DNA of 17,896 nucleotides from a virus (Duplodnaviria; Heunggongvirae; Uroviricota; Caudoviricetes): the IMG/VR virus record IMGVR_UViG_2778261639_000005; one strand, written 5' to 3'. The notes under the pieces were generated by a model. That model saw nothing but the letters and a program-made list of their open reading frames with translations. It made no database searches and was not told where the DNA came from. The translations under genes and the position numbers were made by a program. Within the stretch, counting starts at the first letter, position 1. Each line of letters begins with the position of its first letter. Of this stretch, positions 1 through 7,817 are shown one piece after another.

Positions 1-7
1 CGGCCGT

Positions 8-853
8 TTGGTAGTACTTAGGATAGCCAACCATCAGATGCTGCATTTGCATAGTGCAATCTCCCCTTACTTATCCGGAGGCAATTGCAATATCTCTGTG
101 AACTTACACACGTATGCGCACAATGCCAGGACGCACAGTACTGAGCAGGTGGCACAACTGGTAGAAAGTATTAAGCAATTCGGCTGGACTAATCCGGTGC
201 TGATTGACGAAAAGGGCGAAATTATTGCGGGTCACGGTCGTGTTATGGCGGCTGAAATGCTCAAAATGGATTCTGTTCCGGTCATTGTTCTGTCTGGCCT
301 GACGGATGAGCAGAAAAAGGCGTACCGCCTGGCAGATAATCGCCTGCCGATGAATGCTGGCTGGGATGAAGATCTGTTGCGGATGGAGCTGTCGGACCTA
401 ATCAATGCTGATTTTGATGTCTCCCTGACAGGCTTCATCCCGACAGAAATTGATGAACTGTTGACGGATGTTTTGCCCGGTACAGGAAATGAGGAGGAGC
501 CGTATACGACGAAAATTGATACGCCTGTTTATGAGCCGTCGGGCGGTAAACCGGATATCAGTGAACTGTACGACGATACGAAAACTCAGGAGCTGATCAG
601 CCGGATACGTTCGGCGTCCCTTGATCCTGATATTGAGAAATTCCTCCTGTGTGCGGCAGAACGTCACACAGTGTTTAATTTCAGCAGAATTGCGGACTAT
701 TACGCTCATGCCCCCGCTGAAATTCAGTGCCTTTTCGAGGAGTCGGCGCTGGTGATCATTGATTATCAGCAGGCTATTGAAAATGGATTTGTCCGAATGA
801 CGCAGCGCATGGTGGAGATCATGCATGGCGGGGAGGAGGAGGAATATGCGTGA
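8..853 (+). CDS. ParB/Srx-like nuclease-domain protein; start uncertain and may lie upstream of the window
   Basis: Motif LHTYAHNARTHSTEQVAQLVESIKQFGWTNPVLIDEKGEIIAGHGRVMAA...VPVIVL fits the ParB N-terminal nuclease fold (NPR-T-H box, then G-x-G/H-R box). Frame is open to the window start; in-window starts are TTG 8 and ATG 38, neither with a strong SD. C-terminal ~150 aa acidic region has no domain I recognise. Stop TGA 851-853. Confidence 0.6.
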   Translation: MVVLRIANHQMLHLHSAISPYLSGGNCNISVNLHTYAHNARTHSTEQVAQLVESIKQFGWTNPVLIDEKGEIIAGHGRVMAAEMLKMDSVPVIVLSGLTDEQKKAYRLADNRLPMNAGWDEDLLRMELSDLINADFDVSLTGFIPTEIDELLTDVLPGTGNEEEPYTTKIDTPVYEPSGGKPDISELYDDTKTQELISRIRSASLDPDIEKFLLCAAERHTVFNFSRIADYYAHAPAEIQCLFEESALVIIDYQQAIENGFVRMTQRMVEIMHGGEEEEYA

Positions 854-1778
854 TGATTTTTGCGCCTTTATTCTGACTCACGGGCGACCGGACAAAGTTC
901 TGACTTACCGGACGTTGCGTCGTGCTGGCTATACCGGGAAAATTTTTATCGTTGTTGATGATGAAGATAAGACACGGCATCAGTACATGGCTGAATTTGG
1001 TGAACAGGTGCTGGTATTTTCCAAAGCCGATATTGCCAGTCGTTTTGACGAAGCCGATAATTTTGGTGATCGCCGCTCAATTTTTTACGCCCGTAATGCC
1101 TGTTTCGACCTGGCAAAACTGGTCGGGTGTAAATACTTCATTCAGCTCGATGATGATTATCACGAGTTCCAGTTTCGGGTGGATCGCAACTATGACCAGG
1201 CCTATTTCCCGATAAGGAAACTGGATGCGATCCTTTCTGAAATGCTGGCGTATTACGAATCAATACCCGCGCTTTCCATCGCTATGTCGCAGGGCGGGGA
1301 TTTTCTTGGTGACAATGGCGGCCATGCTTCGTGGGTGAAACGCAAGGCAATGAACAGCTTTATCTGTTCGGTTGATCGACCGTTCTCATTCATGGGGCGC
1401 ATTAACGAGGATGTGAATACGTACACGAATCTCGGTCGCTGTGGTGAATTGTTTATGACGATCGGTGCTGTCCAGTTAGGGCAGAAACAGACGCAGAAAA
1501 ACAGCGGCGGAATGACCGAGCTGTATCTGGATTCCGGAACCTACGTTAAAAGTTTTTACTCCGTCATGTATTCGCCGTCGTGCGTAAAAATCTCACTGAT
1601 GGGTGCCAGCCATAAACGCATTCACCATCAGGTCACCTGGAACAACGCTGCAGTAAAAATCCTTCACGAAAAATACAGGAAGAAGACACCCTGCATATCA
1701 ATGGGGGTGACAAATGATTCCGTATTCGAAAGTCGAGTCTCTGGCAGCGTGCCGGATGACTGCACAACAAATCGCTGA
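846..1778 (+). CDS. Hypothetical protein, GT-A-fold (family 2-like) putative glycosyltransferase
   Basis: ATG 846 overlaps the upstream stop by 8 nt and is preceded by GGAGGAGGAGG. N-terminus FILTHGRPDKVLTYRTLRRAGYTGKIFIVVDDED resembles the GT2 opening strand and VVDD motif; a DxD-like motif YFIQLDDDY lies about 90 aa downstream. Assignment is from motif resemblance only. Confidence 0.5.
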   Translation: MRDDFCAFILTHGRPDKVLTYRTLRRAGYTGKIFIVVDDEDKTRHQYMAEFGEQVLVFSKADIASRFDEADNFGDRRSIFYARNACFDLAKLVGCKYFIQLDDDYHEFQFRVDRNYDQAYFPIRKLDAILSEMLAYYESIPALSIAMSQGGDFLGDNGGHASWVKRKAMNSFICSVDRPFSFMGRINEDVNTYTNLGRCGELFMTIGAVQLGQKQTQKNSGGMTELYLDSGTYVKSFYSVMYSPSCVKISLMGASHKRIHHQVTWNNAAVKILHEKYRKKTPCISMGVTNDSVFESRVSGSVPDDCTTNR

Positions 1779-1965
1779 CGTTCTGGATGTTGATCTGAAC
1801 CGACTGAAAGAAAATCGGGAAGCAATGACAGATTTTTATGCGGCCATCCGTAAGGGCAGAGCGAAAGGTGAAGCCGAGTTACGAGCGGCATTGTTTAAGC
1901 TTGCCAGAAAAGGGGATGCCTTTGCTCTGCGCGAACTACTCAGGGTGGATAAAAATCAGGACTAA
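1714..1965 (+). CDS. Small hypothetical protein (83 aa), basic and helical; possible DNA-binding or packaging accessory
   Basis: ATG 1714 with GGGGG SD about 6 nt upstream; overlaps the 3' end of the previous gene by 65 nt in another frame; stop TAA 1963-1965 sits 3 nt before the terminase small subunit start. Alternative start ATG 1756 lacks an SD. Confidence 0.45.
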   Translation: MIPYSKVESLAACRMTAQQIADVLDVDLNRLKENREAMTDFYAAIRKGRAKGEAELRAALFKLARKGDAFALRELLRVDKNQD

Positions 1966-1968
1966 CTG

Positions 1969-3063
1969 ATGAGCAGACCGGACTGGGGGGCGTTGCAGCA
2001 GGAGTATATTGCTGAATACACCCGCTCCGGTATATCTCCGGTGGCATGGTGTGAAGCAAGGGGACTGAACTACGCAACAGCCCGTCGTTACATCAAAAAA
2101 ACTCCGAAAAATGCGCAGAAAGAAATGCGCAAAACTGCGCAAAAAAGTGCGCGAAAAAAAACTGCGCAGACTGCGCAAAGGCAGAACGGAAAATCTCAGA
2201 AAAAAAAGGCTGTATCCGATGCACTCCTGATTGAGGGGGACACGGAAGAAATTTCGTTCTGCCCCGATGAATTCGGTATTTCTGACCAGCAGGCAAAATT
2301 CGCCATGTTGGTTGCTCAGGGGAAAAAGCCGACAGAGGCATACCGACTGGCTGGTTATGAGGGGCAAGGTGCGACAGCTAACAGCAACGCCAGCCGTATG
2401 CTTAGAAATGCCAGGGTTTATCGTGCTATCAGCTACTTCCGCAATCAGTACCAGAAACGCTATACCGCAGACCTGGATTTACTGGTGAGCCAGTTGATGG
2501 CCATTGTCCAGGCCGACCCCAATCAGTTGGCACAATTTCGCCGTGTTAACTGCCGTTATTGCTGGGGCGAGAATCATCTCTACCAGTGGCGTGATATTGC
2601 AGAATTCGATAAGGCTGCGGCACAGGCCTCCAGAGATGGTAAACCCGAGCCGGAATATGGAGGCCTCGGCTTTGTTGATAACGCCATACCCAATCCTGAT
2701 TGCCCGAAGTGCTGCGGTGAGGGAACAGGACAGCTTTATATGGCTGATACCACACTGCTTGATGGGGATGCGCGGCAATTATATGCAGGGTCAAAGCTCG
2801 GAAAATACGGTGTTGAGATCCTGCTGGAGGATAAGGCTGCCGCCCGGCGTGAATTGTTGCGTTTGCTTTCTGCTGGCGGGGCATTATGTGCAGATAAGCG
2901 GCTACAGGAACTGGAAATTGAACGGCGCAGAATAGAGAACCAGAAGCTGCGCAAAGAGATCGAAACGGTGGAGGATAATGAACATCCCCAGCCTGTGGCG
3001 ATCAATATTAATGTGGTTGATGCCAGATTAAGGAGTGATGAAGATGATCTCTCCGACGCTTAA
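1969..3063 (+). CDS. Terminase small subunit (Terminase_2-like)
   Basis: Segment ISDQQAKFAMLVAQGKKPTEAYRLAGYEGQGATANSNASRMLRNARVYRAI matches the conserved terminase small subunit DNA-binding motif. AGGA SD 8 nt upstream of ATG 1969. Sits immediately upstream of the large subunit. Contains a Lys/Ala/Gln-rich low-complexity linker. Confidence 0.8.
   Translation: MSRPDWGALQQEYIAEYTRSGISPVAWCEARGLNYATARRYIKKTPKNAQKEMRKTAQKSARKKTAQTAQRQNGKSQKKKAVSDALLIEGDTEEISFCPDEFGISDQQAKFAMLVAQGKKPTEAYRLAGYEGQGATANSNASRMLRNARVYRAISYFRNQYQKRYTADLDLLVSQLMAIVQADPNQLAQFRRVNCRYCWGENHLYQWRDIAEFDKAAAQASRDGKPEPEYGGLGFVDNAIPNPDCPKCCGEGTGQLYMADTTLLDGDARQLYAGSKLGKYGVEILLEDKAAARRELLRLLSAGGALCADKRLQELEIERRRIENQKLRKEIETVEDNEHPQPVAININVVDARLRSDEDDLSDA
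2112..2177. repeat. Array of palindromic TGCGCA hexamers (5 perfect copies plus 1 TGCGCG variant) inside the terminase small subunit gene
   Basis: TGCGCA at 2112, 2126, 2136, 2163 and 2172; TGCGCG at 2148; spacing 9-15 bp. Flanked by A-rich tracts. The copies coincide with Ala-Gln codons of the linker. Confidence 0.6.
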
Positions 3064-4345
3064 TGTGCCTCAGGCGCGATTTCTTTCAATGCCCCATAAA
3101 TTTAAAGCCTATATTGCTGGTTTTGGCTCGGGCAAAACATGGGTTGGGTGTGGCGGCATATGCAAGGGGATTTGGGAGCATCCAGGTATAAATCAGGGAT
3201 ATTTTGCGCCAACGTATCCCCAAATTCGCGATATTTTTTACCCTACAGTGGAAGAAGTTGCTGCTGACTGGGGATTGAACGTAAAAATTAATGAGGGAAA
3301 TAAAGAGGTTCACTTTTATTACGGACGCCAGTATCGGGGAACCACTATCTGCAGATCGATGGAGAAGCCACAAACGATCGTCGGTTTCAAAATTGGTAAT
3401 GCGCTGGTGGATGAACTGGACATTTTGCCGAAGGAAAAAGCCAGAACGGCGTGGCGCAAGATAATTGCGCGTATGCGTTATAAGATTGATGGACTTCGCA
3501 ACGGTATTGACGTTACAACCACGCCGGAAGGATTCAAATTTGTCTACGAGCAGTTTGTTAAAGCCGTGCGTGAAAAAACAGAGCTGGCCTCACTGTATGG
3601 TCTGGTGCAGGCATCTACTTTCGATAATGAAAAGAACCTGCCAGCAGATTACATTCCTTCACTTCTTGAATCATACCCTCCAGAGCTGATTAAAGCCTAT
3701 CTTCTAGGACGGTTTACTAACCTGACAAGTGGTACTGTTTACCATCAGTTTGACCGGAAACTGAATAATTGCGAAGAAGTGGAGCAGCCAGGGGAGCCGA
3801 TTTATATTGGGATGGATTTTAACGTTGGAAAGATGGCGGGAATCGTCCATGTGCTGCGTTTGGGGCTTCCATGTGCGGTAACTGAAATCATCAATGCCTA
3901 CGATACGCCGGATATGATCCGCCTCATTAAAGAACGCTTCTGGCTGTATGACGGGCATGATTACCGGAAAGTGAGGGAGATTTATATTTATCCAGATGCT
4001 TCCGGAGATTCCAGAAAATCAAGTAACGCAAGTACGACGGATATAGCCCAGCTTAAGCAGGCAGGTTTTAACGTTGTGGTGAACAGCTCGAACCCGCCAG
4101 TAAAAGATCGCGTTAACTCAATGAATGCAATGTTCTGCAATGCCAATGGTGAGCGTCGCTATAAAGTTAATGTGAAGCGTTGTCCGGTATATGCCGAATC
4201 TCTGGAGCAACAGGTCTGGGATGATAAGGGGGAGCCTGATAAAAAATCTGGCAATGATCACCCGAATGATGCCGGAGGTTATTTCATCGTTAAGCAATTC
4301 CCTATTGTCAAACCGACCGGAAGAGTCACATCACTTCGGATTTAA
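3044..4345 (+). CDS. Terminase large subunit
   Basis: Walker A motif AGFGSGKT near the N-terminus. AAGGAG SD at 3030-3035 lies 8 nt before ATG 3044; the track start 3035 is GTG with ATG 3038 too close to the SD. Follows the small subunit and precedes the portal. Confidence 0.85.
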   Translation: MISPTLNVPQARFLSMPHKFKAYIAGFGSGKTWVGCGGICKGIWEHPGINQGYFAPTYPQIRDIFYPTVEEVAADWGLNVKINEGNKEVHFYYGRQYRGTTICRSMEKPQTIVGFKIGNALVDELDILPKEKARTAWRKIIARMRYKIDGLRNGIDVTTTPEGFKFVYEQFVKAVREKTELASLYGLVQASTFDNEKNLPADYIPSLLESYPPELIKAYLLGRFTNLTSGTVYHQFDRKLNNCEEVEQPGEPIYIGMDFNVGKMAGIVHVLRLGLPCAVTEIINAYDTPDMIRLIKERFWLYDGHDYRKVREIYIYPDASGDSRKSSNASTTDIAQLKQAGFNVVVNSSNPPVKDRVNSMNAMFCNANGERRYKVNVKRCPVYAESLEQQVWDDKGEPDKKSGNDHPNDAGGYFIVKQFPIVKPTGRVTSLRI

Positions 4346-4347
4346 TT

Positions 4348-5754
4348 ATGGCTGATATATCAACACCCAACCTCGACTATAACGATATGCTGGAGGCGTG
4401 GGATATTAACGACGCATTGATGGGCGGTACGCTTGAAATGCGCAGGCAGGGGGAAAATTATCTCCCCAAATGGCCTAATGAAGATGAAGACGCTTATAAA
4501 AAACGCCTGTCTGTGGCTACGTTACTTCCTGTGTATGAAGAAAGCATCAAACAAAATATTGGGCGCATATTTGCAGAGCCGACAGTATTGAGTGAGGAAA
4601 CGCCGGAAAAAATCAGGGAATATGCAGAAAATATCGACATGGAGGGGAGCCGACTGGATGTGTGGGCGCAGCAATTTTTCAGTCTCGCATTTCAGTATGG
4701 TGTGGCACATGCGCTGGTGGACTATCCACGAACGGATATGAACGAGATTCGGACAAAAGCCGATGAAAACGCGGCCGGTGGTCGCCCGTACGTTACGATG
4801 CTGAATCCACGCCAGGTTATTGGATGGAAATCGAAAGTTGAAAAAGGGAAAGTTGTTCTCACTGATTTGCGTATAAAAGAGGTCATCATTATTGATGGTG
4901 ATGATTTCGGGCAGAAGAAGGTGGAGCAGATCCGCCATATTATGCCCCGTCGAGTAGAAATTTATCGACGCAGCGAAGGTACTAATGGCGAATCTGTCTG
5001 GATGCTTCATGAGTCATGGAATACCAGCCGTGATGATATTCCTCTGGTAACACTGTATACGAAGAAAACAGGGTTTATGCGTGGTACACCGCCATTGCTT
5101 AATCTTGGCTTGCTGAATATCAAGCACTGGCAAAGCCAGAGCGAGCAGGACAATATTCTTCATGTTGCCCGCGTTCCATTGCTGGTGGCCTACGGGCTGG
5201 ACAGGAATGAAGAACTGACGGTTGGTGCATCCACGGCTACGATTTTTGAGGACAGAACAAAAAATGGCCTCGAATATGTTGAACATAGTGGCGCAGCGAT
5301 AGAATCTGGCGAAACATCACTTGAGAAGCTGGAAAATCAGATGCGTCATTCCGGCGCTAAACTTCTGCGGGCTGAAAATACATCCACCAAATCTGTTGAT
5401 CAGACTAATGAAGAGCGGATGCAGGAACACTCGCCGCTTTATACAATGGCGAACTCCCTCGAAGATGCCCTCGATAATATTCTCCAGATAATGGCGGAAT
5501 GGAGCGGAGAGAGTTGCGGTGGCAATGTGGATGTGCGCACTGAACTGGATGTATCTGCCCAGGTGTTTGACTCATCCTCCGCGCTGGCTGTTCAGTCATT
5601 GCGTCAGGGCGGTGATATACGTCAGATTGATGCGGTTCGGGTGTTGCAGGCGTTGAAATTTATCGATCAGGATTCCCGTCCAGAGGAAGTGATCGATGAA
5701 TTAAAAAATCAGAGTGTAATGCTGATGGAAATCAATGATGCAAACCGTGAATGA
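4348..5754 (+). CDS. Portal protein (putative)
   Basis: 468-aa ORF immediately after the terminase large subunit (stop TAA 4343-4345, ATG 4348) and overlapping the start of the head morphogenesis gene. Size and position are canonical for a portal; no diagnostic motif was verified by eye. Confidence 0.65.
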   Translation: MADISTPNLDYNDMLEAWDINDALMGGTLEMRRQGENYLPKWPNEDEDAYKKRLSVATLLPVYEESIKQNIGRIFAEPTVLSEETPEKIREYAENIDMEGSRLDVWAQQFFSLAFQYGVAHALVDYPRTDMNEIRTKADENAAGGRPYVTMLNPRQVIGWKSKVEKGKVVLTDLRIKEVIIIDGDDFGQKKVEQIRHIMPRRVEIYRRSEGTNGESVWMLHESWNTSRDDIPLVTLYTKKTGFMRGTPPLLNLGLLNIKHWQSQSEQDNILHVARVPLLVAYGLDRNEELTVGASTATIFEDRTKNGLEYVEHSGAAIESGETSLEKLENQMRHSGAKLLRAENTSTKSVDQTNEERMQEHSPLYTMANSLEDALDNILQIMAEWSGESCGGNVDVRTELDVSAQVFDSSSALAVQSLRQGGDIRQIDAVRVLQALKFIDQDSRPEEVIDELKNQSVMLMEINDANRE

Positions 5755-6850
5755 ACGGCTGCGTGATGAATCAATTGCTCATGCAGTCTGGATATCCCGC
5801 TATAGCACTGGCGTGGCTGCCAGAATGGTGAAAATACTGAATGACAGCGATGCGGAACTTACTGCTCGCCTGCTGATAGCACTGGACAGCCTCGATCCAG
5901 GTAGTTTTACCGTTAAGCGCCTGGAGTCACTTCTGGCGAGCGTCAGAGAGGTTAACCGCACTGCTATTAACAGCATGTTTACCAGTCTCTCCGGAGAGCT
6001 GAACGAGCTGGCAATTTATGAGGCTGGTTATCAGTTAAGTCTGTTTGATTCTATGCTACCTGATTTTGTTGCTGATGTTCACCCTCTGGTTGGTATCTCT
6101 CCTGATGCACTTTATGCCGCTGCAATGGCGCGACCATTCCAGGGACGACTGCTCAGTGAGTGGGCCTCAGATCTTGAGGCGGATCGGCTCAGACGCATAA
6201 CAAATACAGTGCGTCAGGGTTTTTTGCTGGGGGATACCAATGAGCAGATCGCAAGAAAAATTCGGGGACATGTCAGTAAGGGATTTCAGGATGGTGCATT
6301 GCAGATGAGCCGGGCTAATGCGGCCAGCATTGCAAAAACAGCGGTTGGACATCTTGCTGCTACTGCCCGTGAGAGTTTTGCCAGCGCGAATAATGATTTG
6401 ATTAAGGGTAAGCAATGGTTATCAACGCTTGATAATCGTACTACGCCACAATGTCGAATCAGGGATCGCCTCAAATATACGCTGAATAATAAACCTGTAG
6501 GTCACAGCGTGCCTTATTTGCAGGGGCCGGGAAAAATTCATTTCTGCTGCCGCTCAACGGAAACGTTCATTCTGAAATCAGCGAAGGAACTGGGTATTGA
6601 TGTTCGCGATATTTCCCCGGCTGAGCGGGCCAGCATGGATGGCGTGGTGGCCGGAGATACAACCTACAGGGAATGGTTTTTGCGTCAGCCTTACACCAGA
6701 CAAAAACAGATTGTGGGGGAAAGCCGAGCAAAGCTGATTCGGGATGGTGGTATGTCGCCAGATGAATTTTACACCGATAAAGGCGAATGGCTGACGCTGA
6801 AGCAGCTCCGTGAGCGTGATGCACAGGTATTCAGAAAAGCAGGGATTTAA
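5735..6850 (+). CDS. Head morphogenesis protein (Mu gpF / SPP1 gp7 family)
   Basis: C-terminal region DNRTTPQCRIRDRL...HSVPYLQGPGKIHFCCRST fits the Phage_Mu_F signature (D-x-R-T...C-R...P...H-x-x-C-R). Located directly after the portal. Stop TAA 6848-6850. Confidence 0.7.
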   Translation: MMQTVNERLRDESIAHAVWISRYSTGVAARMVKILNDSDAELTARLLIALDSLDPGSFTVKRLESLLASVREVNRTAINSMFTSLSGELNELAIYEAGYQLSLFDSMLPDFVADVHPLVGISPDALYAAAMARPFQGRLLSEWASDLEADRLRRITNTVRQGFLLGDTNEQIARKIRGHVSKGFQDGALQMSRANAASIAKTAVGHLAATARESFASANNDLIKGKQWLSTLDNRTTPQCRIRDRLKYTLNNKPVGHSVPYLQGPGKIHFCCRSTETFILKSAKELGIDVRDISPAERASMDGVVAGDTTYREWFLRQPYTRQKQIVGESRAKLIRDGGMSPDEFYTDKGEWLTLKQLRERDAQVFRKAGI

Positions 6851-6869
6851 ATAAATCATTTATTACAAC

Positions 6870-6895
6870 AGGCTACCTTCGGGTGGCCTTTTTTA
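6870..6895 (+). terminator. Intrinsic terminator-like hairpin with UUCG tetraloop and T-run
   Basis: AGGCTACC(6870-6877)-TTCG-GGTGGCCT(6882-6889) forms an 8-bp stem with one G-U pair, followed by TTTTT. Lies 20 nt after the head morphogenesis stop. Confidence 0.6.
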
Positions 6896-6954
6896 TTGCT
6901 GCGATCCGGATGGTGAGCAGCGTAACTGTCGGAAGACTTAAACCAGGTACTAAT

Positions 6955-7719
6955 ATGAAACTGAAAACGGTCGAGATTAACGGAAAACAATACGCAGAAA
7001 TTGATACTGCTGGCCTGCCAGTTTATGTGCACGACGATGGTAAAGAAATTGGCTTCGATGCACCGCTGGCGACAAAAAAAATTACAGAGCTTAATGGCGA
7101 GGCAAAAAATCATCGCCTGGCTAAAGAAGCTGCAGAGGAAAAACTGGCTAAGTTTGCCGCTATCGAAGACCCGAAGAAGGCGATCGAGGCACTGGAAATG
7201 CTGTCAAAAATCGACCAGAAAAAGCTGCTCGATGCGGGACAGGTTGACCAGGTTAAGGCAGAAATTACGAAAAATTTTCAGCAGCAATTAGATGAAGAAA
7301 AGCAACGCTCTCAGATGCTGGAGAAGCAGCTTTACGATTCTATGATTGGCGGTAGTTTTGCGGGTTCAAAATATATTGCCGATAAAATTGCGATCCCGGC
7401 AGATTTATTACAAGCCCGCTTCGGGCAGGCATTCAAAGTGGAAGAAGGGAGGATCGTTGCTTATGACGCTTCCGGCAACAAAATTTATTCCCGCGCGAAG
7501 CCTGGCGAACTGGCGCAGTTTGATGAGGCGCTGGAGTTCCTTGTCGAAAATTACCCTCAGAAAGACTACATCCTGAAAGCCAGTGGCAACAATGGCGGCG
7601 GCTCCCGTCCGACACAGCATGATATTGGTCAGAAAACGATGAAACGCTCTGCTTTTGATGCACTGGATGTTGCAGGTAAGCAAAACGCATTGAAAGACGG
7701 TATCACAATCGTTGATTAA
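6955..7719 (+). CDS. Putative scaffolding protein
   Basis: Hydrophilic, Lys/Glu/Ala-rich, predicted coiled-coil protein between the head morphogenesis and major capsid genes. Start taken as ATG 6955 because track start 6883 (GTG) lies inside the terminator hairpin; ATG 6910 is an alternative. Confidence 0.45.
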   Translation: MKLKTVEINGKQYAEIDTAGLPVYVHDDGKEIGFDAPLATKKITELNGEAKNHRLAKEAAEEKLAKFAAIEDPKKAIEALEMLSKIDQKKLLDAGQVDQVKAEITKNFQQQLDEEKQRSQMLEKQLYDSMIGGSFAGSKYIADKIAIPADLLQARFGQAFKVEEGRIVAYDASGNKIYSRAKPGELAQFDEALEFLVENYPQKDYILKASGNNGGGSRPTQHDIGQKTMKRSAFDALDVAGKQNALKDGITIVD

Positions 7720-7817
7720 CACATTTGTCAGCTTCCGGATGGGAGCTGGTGTCAGGGCTGGATAGCTCATTACTCCATCTATTCACAATTACGCAAATTT
7801 TTAAGGAATATTTAATT

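Noticed and set aside
232-826. Minus-strand ORFs 232..438 and 398..826
   Set aside because: Antisense to the ParB-like gene, with low-complexity Arg/Ser-rich translations and no start or SD context. Treated as frame artefacts.
922-1215. Plus-strand 97-aa ORF in an alternative frame
   Set aside because: Wholly nested within the GT-A-like gene in another frame, with a hydrophobic low-complexity translation and no SD.
2093-2935. Cluster of overlapping ORFs on both strands (2093..2341-, 2231..2488+, 2479..2778-, 2504..2935+, 2546..2884-, 2736..3005-)
   Set aside because: All lie inside the terminase small subunit gene, whose conserved motif fixes the true frame. The alternative frames look like artefacts of a compositionally biased region.
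4522-5286. Minus-strand ORFs 4522..5010 and 5014..5286
   Set aside because: Antisense to the portal gene, which is fixed by operon position and translational coupling; no independent support.
6883-6954. Upstream extension of the scaffold ORF from GTG 6883
   Set aside because: The GTG lies within the terminator hairpin at 6870-6895 and has no SD, so the gene more plausibly starts at ATG 6955 (or 6910).
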